This document shows positions 54,601 to 60,487 of a stretch of DNA of 60,487 nucleotides, one piece after another. Made by a program: the position numbers and the translations under genes. Origin of the DNA: Flavobacteriales bacterium (GTDB lineage: Bacteria; Bacteroidota; Bacteroidia; Flavobacteriales_F; PHOS-HE28); NCBI GenBank assembly GCA_020437905.1, contig JAGQVN010000139.1, positions 1 through 60,487 of the forward strand, in the 5' to 3' direction. The notes under the pieces were generated by a model that was not told the origin of the DNA, did not search any database, and was given only the letters and a program-made list of their open reading frames with translations. The first letter of the stretch is position 1; the number at the start of each line of letters is the position of its first letter.

Positions 54601-55017
54601 CACCTGAAGGCCCACAGGATGCGCTCGGCGATCGCATGGAACAACGGAGATGGGACCTTCACCCTCAGCGATCTGCCCAACATCGTTCAGACCGCGCCCA
54701 TGAAAGGGATCGTCGTATTCGACGTCAACGGGGACGATAACCTGGACCTGATCTGCGCCGGGAACCACTGGGGTGCCGAAGTGGAGACCGTCCGCTACGA
54801 TGCAGGCACGGGAAGGGTGCTGCTTGGAGATGGCAAGGGCGGGTTCGCCCCTATGAGCATCCAAGAAAGTGGCTTCTTCGTCTGGTCGAACGTCCGCGAC
54901 CTTGCCGTCGTCAGGAACGGGGTCGGGAACAAGCCCCGGATCCTTGTGGCAAGCAACAACTATCCGCTGCAACTCTTTGGCTTCAACACGAAGAGCGATA
55001 TGCTATCCATGCGCTGA
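51673..55017 (+). CDS. FG-GAP/VCBS-repeat + ASPIC/UnbV lipoprotein (CRTAC1-like family)
   Basis: The start at 51673 gives MLRTSIPLSFVCLLLSC. Many D.N.DG..D(I/L) calcium-type FG-GAP repeats are present. The central UnbV/ASPIC-like segment is ...CRGFQSSVEPILHFGLG... Alternative starts are 51628 and 51643. Confidence 0.85.
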   Translation: MLRTSIPLSFVCLLLSCSDTPEEVPTGSHATPQQALEGLFLARPSEDTGIDFLNSVPENNEQNYYIYEYFYNGGGVAIGDVNNDGLPDIYFTSNLTRDKLYLNKGGLRFEDVTENALPKEEKHGWHSGASMADVNGDGWLDIYVCRAGWYPEPAMRTNLLYINEQDGTFKEVAEAWGVADTTRSTQGIFFDQDRDGDLDLYVINAPLQSGSKLFNDDIARLIVQRKSPSDRLYRNEGGKFKDITAESGLWNMGYALGVCVSDLDGNGIQDIYVANDYMERDFMYMGQPNGKYAEEVRQRTGHITNNGMGCDIADYNNDGLPDIVVLDMVSEDHVRSKMNMGAMSTEEFWNSVQFGYHFQYMFNTLQLNNGNGTFSEVGQLAGISKTDWSWAPLLADLDNDGWKDLLVTNGFKRDTRDNDYTIAAEKIAKEQQKVTYEDMLSLIPATKIRNYLFRNNGDLTFSNVSEEWGFTSAVNSNGAAYADLDADGDLDLVINNMEAPSQVYENRSERSGNHWLRVRPEGAGGALAMGCQVTLTTSAGIQFQELQPCRGFQSSVEPILHFGLGPETRVQELVMTWPDGTESLLNDIPVDQVVTIERSSAKPARKKKVVQPMFVEDRTSAPAFKHVENGWDDFAIQVLIPHKRSEDGPLLCVADVNSDGHDDVFVGGARQQSGELFLGNASGSFTRSASRPWADHADREDMGGQFFDADGDGDMDLLVMSGSNETNQYEHHFQPRLYLNDGKGRFAFRSDAFPLLMTSAMRCAVGDVDGDGDEDLFVGGRVIPGQYPRSPRSYLLVNDGTGQFSDVTMERAAHLAEPGMVTDALFMDHDADGDLDLVTMGEWMPIALHRNDGGSFRPWSERTGLEGSEGWWERMVPSDLDKDGDMDLVCGNLGWNSKFHGTADHPLHVYFNDFDDNGKPDVVLAKEQGDVLYPVRGRECSSQQCPDILEKFPSYKAFAHASVEQIYSPEKIASSIHLKAHRMRSAIAWNNGDGTFTLSDLPNIVQTAPMKGIVVFDVNGDDNLDLICAGNHWGAEVETVRYDAGTGRVLLGDGKGGFAPMSIQESGFFVWSNVRDLAVVRNGVGNKPRILVASNNYPLQLFGFNTKSDMLSMR

Positions 55018-55049
55018 ACAGCGCTTCAGGTGGGTCTATCTTCGCTGAC

Positions 55050-58000
55050 ATGAGGTCCCGCATTCTATTCCTGATGGCAGGGATAAGTCTGTTCCATGCC
55101 TGTTCTGATGCGGACACCGAGGTGGTCGATGGATCATCCAGCGAGTTCGATGGTTCGCTCTTCCGTAAAATACCGGGTTCCGAAAGCGGCCTGGATTTCA
55201 CCAATCAGCTCCAGGAATCCCCGGATATGAACTACTTCACTTACGTCTACGCGTACAATGGTGGCGGGGTGGCCATAGGCGATATCGATGGGGATGGGTT
55301 GTCGGACGTATATCTGACCGGGAACCAGGTTCGCGATCGCCTCTACCGGAACCTGGGGGAATTGCGCTTCGAAGACATCACAGAGAGCGCCTTGGGGCCG
55401 GACCCGGGAGGATGGAGCAGCGGTGTGACCATGGCCGATGTGAACGGCGATGGTCACTTGGATATCTATGTCTGCCGCAGTGGGCCTGTGCAGGACCCCA
55501 CGCTGACCCGGAACCTGCTGTACCTGAACAACGGGGATCTGACCTTCTCTGAACAGGGGCGGGAGTTCGGCATCGCGGATACGACGAATTCCACCCAGGC
55601 GGCCTTCTTCGACCTGGAGAACGACGGAGACCTCGACCTGTTCGTGGCCAACCATCCGCGCAGCCGAATGCGAGGGGTGAAGACCAGTGAGTTCAAAGCC
55701 CTGATACGCGATGGGTTAGGCCCTTCATGTCGCCTGTTCCGGAACGAAGGAGGGCGGTTCACGGACATCACGCGCGAGGCCGGGGTGCAGGACCTGAGCT
55801 ACACGCTCGGACTTTCCATAGCGGACATCGACAGGGATGGCCTTTCAGACCTCTATCTGGCCAATGACTTTGATGTGGCCGACGCGCTCTGGATGGCGCA
55901 GCCGGATGGCCGGTTCCGCAATGAGATCATTGAACGGACCCGGCATATTTCCAATTTCGGGATGGGATGTGACATCGCCGATCTCAACAACGACGGCCAT
56001 CAGGACATCATGGTGTTGGACATGACCGCCTCGGACCACTTCCGAAGCAAGTCGAACATGGGCAGCATGGCTCCCATGGTCTTCTGGGCCATTGTCGCAT
56101 CAGGCAATCATTTCCAGTACATGGTGAACACGCTTCAACTGAACAACGGGAACGGCACTTTCAGCGAGATCGCCCAGTTGGCCGGTGTGGCGCGCACGGA
56201 CTGGAGCTGGGGACCGCTCTTTGCCGATCTGGACAATGACGGATGGAAGGACCTGCTGATCACCAATGGCTTCAAACGGGACATCCGCAACAACGACTAT
56301 CAGGAGCGTGTGTACGACCAGCTCCGGTCAGGCAGCGAATTCTTTGAGAAGCTGGACCTGGTCCCCTCCACGCGCATCCGCAATTATCTCTTCCGAAATG
56401 ATGGAGCCGGACCCGATGGTCGCGCACGGCTCACCTTTTCGGATAGTTCCGAGACCTGGGGTTTCCGCGACGCAGTGAACAGCAATGGCGCCGCATATGG
56501 GGACCTGGACAATGATGGTGACCTGGACCTGATCATCAATGATCTCGACGCACCGGTATCCCTATACGAGAATCGTGCAGACCGCCTGCGCCGGAACCAC
56601 TACCTCCGGCTGGACCTCCGCGCAGGTGAGGCACATGCGCTGGGGGCGTTCGTGGAGATCCGAACGCAGGGATCGCGACAAGTGGCGGAACTACGACCCA
56701 CCAGAGGTTATCAAAGCGCTGTGGAGCCGTTGTTACATTTTGGTCTGGGCGAAGGGCAGCATGTGGACACGCTCATCGTGGATTGGCCGAATGGAAAGCG
56801 TACTCTGCTGGCAGGAATAGCTGCCGATCAAGTGATCCGATTGCACCAGGAAGAGGCTACTGCTGGACCTGAGCCGCTCCCCGGACCCGAGCCTTACTTC
56901 ATCGAGCGGCACGTTCCCGGCCTCAGTGACCATCGGCACGAAGAGAACGTGTACAACGACTTTGAAAAGGAGGTGCTCCTCCCTCATCAGCTCAGTACAC
57001 TTGGGCCGCAACTTGCCGTGGGCGATGCGAACGGCGATGGCCTGGAGGATGTCTTCACGGGAAGCGCCCATGGCAGGTCGAGCGCCTTGCTATTACAGGG
57101 TTCGGATGGCTCCTTCCAGCGGCTGGCCGGACCCTGGGAAGGGCATGCCGACCAGGAGCACCTGGGGTCCAAGTTCTTCGATGCGGACGGGGATGGCGAT
57201 CAGGACCTGCTTGTGCTTTCGGGATCGAACGAGCACGACATCCGGAGCCGCGTCTTCGAACAGCGCTTCTATCGGAACCAAGGCCGGGGCCGCTTCCTTC
57301 ATGATGAAAGTGCCCTGCCATCCATGACCACCAGCGCTCAGCGCCTTGCGGTGGCTGATGTCGATGCGGATGGGGACCTGGACGTGTTTATCGGCGGAAG
57401 GCTCACCCCGGCCCACTATCCGTTCGCGCCTCGTTCCTATCTATTGATCAACGATGGCTCAGGTGTCTTCTCCGACCGGACCAAGGACCTCGCCCCGCAG
57501 GCCATGGGCCCGGGTATGATCACAGCGCTTGAGTTCGCGGATCTCGATACCGATGGGGACCCGGACCTTGTGCTCGCGGGCGAGTGGATGCCACTGGAAC
57601 TGTTGACGAACCAAGGCGGGCACTTCGCGCGGGTGCCCGGACAGGGTCCTCCTGCGGGAACAGAGGGGTGGTGGCACGCGCTGGCCATGGCCGATCTGGA
57701 CGGGGACGGTGATCTGGACATCGTAGCCGGCAACCAAGGCTGGAACAGCAAGTTCCAAGCCGACGGGGAGCACCCACTGCACATCTATTGGGGGGATATG
57801 GACGACAACGGTCGGAGCGATATCGTTCTGGCCAAGGAGAAGGGAGGGACGCAATTGCCGGTCCGGGGTCGGGAATGCTCATCGCAGCAATGTCAGATGA
57901 TCCTGGAGCGGTTCAAGACGTACGATGAATTCGCACGAGCTGACCTGGATGCCATCTATACCCCTGAAAAACTGCGCGAGGCATTGCACCTGCAGGCCAC

Positions 58001-58403
58001 CCATATGCGATCCTCGGTCTATCTGAACGATGGTACAGGGCGCTTCACGGTCCAAGACCTGCCGGTGGAAGCGCAGTTCGCCCCGATCAACGGGATCGTG
58101 GTCCTGGACGTGAACGCGGACGGTATCCCGGACATGGTGACGGCAGGGAACGACTGGGGCGCGGAAGTGGAAACGGTTCGTTACGATGGCGGTCATGGTC
58201 TTGTCCTATTGGGTGACGGACACGGCGGCTTCCGGCCCCTGGACCTGGCTCGTTCGGGTTTCTTCGCATGGGGCCATGTCAAGGACCTGGCGATGATCCA
58301 TTTGGGTAGGGAACGCACCCCCGCGATCGTGGTGGCCAACAATAACGACCTCCTCCAGGTCTTTTCCCTGAAAGGCCCGATCAGCGCGATCGCTTCAAAT
58401 TGA
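55050..58403 (+). CDS. FG-GAP/VCBS-repeat + ASPIC/UnbV lipoprotein (tandem paralog)
   Basis: Lipoprotein signal MRSRILFLMAGISLFHAC is present. It is collinear with the upstream paralog. For example, FQYMVNTLQLNNGNGTFSE...DLDNDGWKDLLITNGFKRD matches FQYMFNTLQLNNGNGTFSE...DLDNDGWKDLLVTNGFKRD. Confidence 0.87.
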   Translation: MRSRILFLMAGISLFHACSDADTEVVDGSSSEFDGSLFRKIPGSESGLDFTNQLQESPDMNYFTYVYAYNGGGVAIGDIDGDGLSDVYLTGNQVRDRLYRNLGELRFEDITESALGPDPGGWSSGVTMADVNGDGHLDIYVCRSGPVQDPTLTRNLLYLNNGDLTFSEQGREFGIADTTNSTQAAFFDLENDGDLDLFVANHPRSRMRGVKTSEFKALIRDGLGPSCRLFRNEGGRFTDITREAGVQDLSYTLGLSIADIDRDGLSDLYLANDFDVADALWMAQPDGRFRNEIIERTRHISNFGMGCDIADLNNDGHQDIMVLDMTASDHFRSKSNMGSMAPMVFWAIVASGNHFQYMVNTLQLNNGNGTFSEIAQLAGVARTDWSWGPLFADLDNDGWKDLLITNGFKRDIRNNDYQERVYDQLRSGSEFFEKLDLVPSTRIRNYLFRNDGAGPDGRARLTFSDSSETWGFRDAVNSNGAAYGDLDNDGDLDLIINDLDAPVSLYENRADRLRRNHYLRLDLRAGEAHALGAFVEIRTQGSRQVAELRPTRGYQSAVEPLLHFGLGEGQHVDTLIVDWPNGKRTLLAGIAADQVIRLHQEEATAGPEPLPGPEPYFIERHVPGLSDHRHEENVYNDFEKEVLLPHQLSTLGPQLAVGDANGDGLEDVFTGSAHGRSSALLLQGSDGSFQRLAGPWEGHADQEHLGSKFFDADGDGDQDLLVLSGSNEHDIRSRVFEQRFYRNQGRGRFLHDESALPSMTTSAQRLAVADVDADGDLDVFIGGRLTPAHYPFAPRSYLLINDGSGVFSDRTKDLAPQAMGPGMITALEFADLDTDGDPDLVLAGEWMPLELLTNQGGHFARVPGQGPPAGTEGWWHALAMADLDGDGDLDIVAGNQGWNSKFQADGEHPLHIYWGDMDDNGRSDIVLAKEKGGTQLPVRGRECSSQQCQMILERFKTYDEFARADLDAIYTPEKLREALHLQATHMRSSVYLNDGTGRFTVQDLPVEAQFAPINGIVVLDVNADGIPDMVTAGNDWGAEVETVRYDGGHGLVLLGDGHGGFRPLDLARSGFFAWGHVKDLAMIHLGRERTPAIVVANNNDLLQVFSLKGPISAIASN

Positions 58404-59424
58404 AGACGAAGGTCGTTCCGGCACCTTCCTCGCTTTTGACCGTGATGGTGGACCCATGCGCATCGATGATGTGCTTCACGATGGCCAAACCAAGGCCCGA
58501 CCCCCCCTCATTGCGGGAGCGACTCGAACCTACGCGATAGAAGCGTTCGAACAGCCTGGGCAGGTGCTCGGGGCCGATGCCGATACCGTCATCGCTCACC
58601 TCCACCAGCACTTCATCATCGATATCCTCCACCGCGACCCGACAATAGCCCCCCTCCCTTCCGTAGTTGATGGCGTTCTGGAAGAGGTTCATGAAGACAT
58701 GCATCAACCGGTCCTCATCCGCCTTTACCAGCTTTCCAGGCGGCACCAAGTTCATCACACGCACACCTTTTTCCTTGGCCCGGATCTCAATGCTCTTGAT
58801 GGCTTCATCGATCAGGGCATGCAGGTCCGTGCGCCTGATGTTCAAGTCCATGATCCCGCTTTCCAGTTTGGTGATCATGTCCAGGTCCTCCACGATCTTA
58901 TTCAAGCGCTCCACACCGGCAGAAGCCCGCTGCAGAAAGTCACGGTTCACTTTCTCGTCCTCCAAACCACCCTCCAACAACGTGAGGATATACCCTTGGA
59001 TGTTGAAGATCGGCGTCTTCAGTTCATGTGCCAGGTTTCCGATGAACTCCCTACGGAAACGCTCCCGTTCGCGGAGCCCCTTGATCTCGTTCCGTCGCTC
59101 CGAAGCCCAATCCAGCATCTCACGGTTCACCTCCCCGAGCACATCTTCATCCATTCGCAGCTTCTCCGGTGAACCCAAGGATCCCGCGCGTCCTCCTTGC
59201 ACCGCCTTGTAAATGGCGCGTATCCTGTCTTGAACGAACCGTTGTAGGAAGTACCACAGCACACCGAAGGAGATGCCGAAGGCTCCGATCGCAAGAAGCC
59301 CCGTGGAGATCGGATCCACCGCCCCGTCCAAGAGGAACTGGGAACTTGCAGCGAGCAGACCGATCAGGGCCGCCACCAATGCCGCAGCCCACAGGGATAC
59401 CTGGCGAGGCGTTAGTGGTCTCAT
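58381..59424 (-). CDS. sensor histidine kinase (PhoR/WalK-like), no adjacent response regulator
   Basis: Two TM segments are present. H-box FIGNLAHELKTPI, N-box NLFQNAINY, G1 DDGIGI and G2 GSGLGLAIV are present. The 3' end overlaps the convergent 55050-58403 gene by 23 nt. Confidence 0.9.
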   Translation of the reverse strand: MRPLTPRQVSLWAAALVAALIGLLAASSQFLLDGAVDPISTGLLAIGAFGISFGVLWYFLQRFVQDRIRAIYKAVQGGRAGSLGSPEKLRMDEDVLGEVNREMLDWASERRNEIKGLRERERFRREFIGNLAHELKTPIFNIQGYILTLLEGGLEDEKVNRDFLQRASAGVERLNKIVEDLDMITKLESGIMDLNIRRTDLHALIDEAIKSIEIRAKEKGVRVMNLVPPGKLVKADEDRLMHVFMNLFQNAINYGREGGYCRVAVEDIDDEVLVEVSDDGIGIGPEHLPRLFERFYRVGSSRSRNEGGSGLGLAIVKHIIDAHGSTITVKSEEGAGTTFVFNLKRSR

Positions 59425-59479
59425 ACCGATGTCAAAGATATCAGCGCCCGGATGCAGGCCTTGGAATGCACGGCACCCT

Positions 59480-59974
59480 TCAGGGGACCAGGATGGTGCC
59501 CGTATACACCTTGTTGCTTTCGTTCAGGGCACGGTCGAACAGGCGGATACCATAACGAATGGTATCGGCATCAGGCTGATGGAACAATACGAACGGTTGA
59601 AGCCGTATAGCGATCTCCCCCTCCAAGGTCTTGTTCTGACCTGTGGGTGTGATAACCGGGATCCGATATCCGATCAGGCTTGACACACCAAGCTGGACAG
59701 GCACCCATGCGCCCTCCTCAAATTCCTCGTATTCCAGGTAGAGATTCTTGTCGTACGGAGGTTCATCATAGGGCGGAAAGGTGTCCCCTTCGGCGAGACC
59801 GATATCCCCATCACCGTCCGTGAACGAAATGGTCACCACTGCTGAATCACCGGTTCGTTCGAACGACAGGAACTCGATCCGGGGTTCGTTCGGGAATTCC
59901 TCCGACTTCAGGCAGCCACTGAGCAAAACGACCAGTATCGCGAGGGCGAGGACTAATTTTGAACGGTCCGCCAT
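59480..59974 (-). CDS. hypothetical lipoprotein
   Basis: The start at 59974 gives MADRSKLVLALAILVVLLSGC. I recognise no family. Confidence 0.6.
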   Translation of the reverse strand: MADRSKLVLALAILVVLLSGCLKSEEFPNEPRIEFLSFERTGDSAVVTISFTDGDGDIGLAEGDTFPPYDEPPYDKNLYLEYEEFEEGAWVPVQLGVSSLIGYRIPVITPTGQNKTLEGEIAIRLQPFVLFHQPDADTIRYGIRLFDRALNESNKVYTGTILVP

Positions 59975-60006
59975 TGCTGCAAAAGTAAGGTGCTCACTCC
60001 CTTTCC

Positions 60007-60487
60007 ATGGACCTTTCCTCCGATCCGACATCGATGCTTCAGGCACCCTTTCGCATCCGGAGCGAACAGGGATTCAACGCATGGGCGCTTCGCTTATTTC
60101 AGCTGCATGCTTCGGAGAACTCCGTATACAAGGAATTCCTGAAGTGCCTGGGGATCCGGTGCTCCGAGATCTGCGACATCACGGATATCCCCTGCCTGCC
60201 GATCACCTTGTTCAAACAGCGGGAGATCCGCCTGGACGGGACACCACAGGGGATCACCTTTTTAAGCAGTGGCACAACCGCTTCGGTCCCGTCCAAACAC
60301 CACCTGCCGTGGCCCGAACTCTACGAAAGGGCCTTCATGAGCGGGTTTGAACGCACCTATGGCGCACCGTCACACTGGCGGATACTTGCCTTGCTTCCGT
60401 CGTACCTGGAACGGGGCGACAGTTCCCTGGTGTTCATGGTCGACCGGCTGATACAGGCCACCGGTGATCCGCTGAGCGGGACCTACC
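60007..60487 (+). CDS. partial (N-terminal part) LuxE-like acyl-protein synthetase / acyltransferase
   Basis: Own translation from ATG 60007, open to the window end: MDLSSDPTSMLQAPFRIRSEQGFNAWALRLFQLHASENSVYKEFLKCLGI...ITFLSSGTTASVPSKHHL...ILALLPSYLERGDSSLVFM. It resembles the LuxE-family proteins common in Flavobacteriia. It is absent from the ORF track because there is no stop. Confidence 0.55.
   Translation, partial: MDLSSDPTSMLQAPFRIRSEQGFNAWALRLFQLHASENSVYKEFLKCLGIRCSEICDITDIPCLPITLFKQREIRLDGTPQGITFLSSGTTASVPSKHHLPWPELYERAFMSGFERTYGAPSHWRILALLPSYLERGDSSLVFMVDRLIQATGDPLSGTY

Noticed and set aside
1-60487. Scan for CRISPR arrays, rRNA/tRNA/tmRNA/RNase P signatures, transposase or integrase genes, terminal inverted repeats and obvious low-GC islands
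   Set aside because: None was found by eye. The only repeats are short regulatory-scale direct or inverted repeats and the paralogous CRTAC1-like genes. The window looks like core chromosome rather than a mobile or defence island.

Overview
High-GC (by eye high 50s to about 60%) chromosomal segment that reads as Bacteroidota of the gliding/T9SS type. Supporting signs are a gldB-gldC operon, two cargo proteins with T9SS C-terminal sorting domains, many lipoproteins and small outer-membrane (OM) beta-barrels, TAnnTTTG-like -7 boxes, and very frequent ATGA start/stop overlaps. I recognised no rRNA, tRNA, CRISPR array, transposase, integrase or phage gene.

Layout:
- 1-9.3 kb: partial secreted protein, PrsW-like protease, RRM RNA-binding protein, TonB-dependent-type receptor, a HisKA kinase with an OmpR-type regulator, two unknown ORFs, and an orphan LytTR regulator.
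- 9.3-25.5 kb, minus strand: a complete, tightly packed dcw cluster, mraZ-rsmH-ftsL-ftsI-murE-mraY-murD-[extra ORF]-ftsW-murG-murC-ftsQ-ftsA-ftsZ-yqeY.
- 25.9-30.2 kb: hydrolase, engB, gldC, gldB, a porin-like barrel, nadE.
- 30.2-39.6 kb: an octaheme c-type cytochrome-HEAT-TPR lipoprotein, then a dense island of six small OM beta-barrel genes, two DUF4136-like lipoproteins and a repeat protein.
- 39.6-50.3 kb: korAB, two T9SS cargo genes, nifU-like, mrp, an alkyltransferase-like (ATL) protein, trmB, a glycosyltransferase.
- 50.3-60.5 kb: secreted endonuclease, two tandem about 1100-aa FG-GAP/VCBS + ASPIC/UnbV lipoproteins, lipoprotein + orphan histidine kinase, partial LuxE-like gene.

Most of the window is ordinary housekeeping DNA, and I see no clear defence or mobile system. 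The observations I rank highest:
1. An intact 168-codon ORF that is a diverged copy of only the MurD C-terminal domain, wedged between murD and ftsW.
2. Two oppositely oriented arrays of 10-bp-phased AAAGTGGG MraZ-type boxes upstream of mraZ.
3. A 21-bp-phased perfect 10-nt direct repeat in front of a two-gene unknown operon that sits next to an orphan LytTR regulator.
4. The OM-protein island, with two mirror-image, translationally coupled lipoprotein/barrel pairs.
5. The octaheme-HEAT-TPR fusion.

All family calls come from reading motifs in the supplied translations by eye. No database search was possible. Start codons were chosen manually from signal peptides, conserved N-termini and neighbour overlaps.
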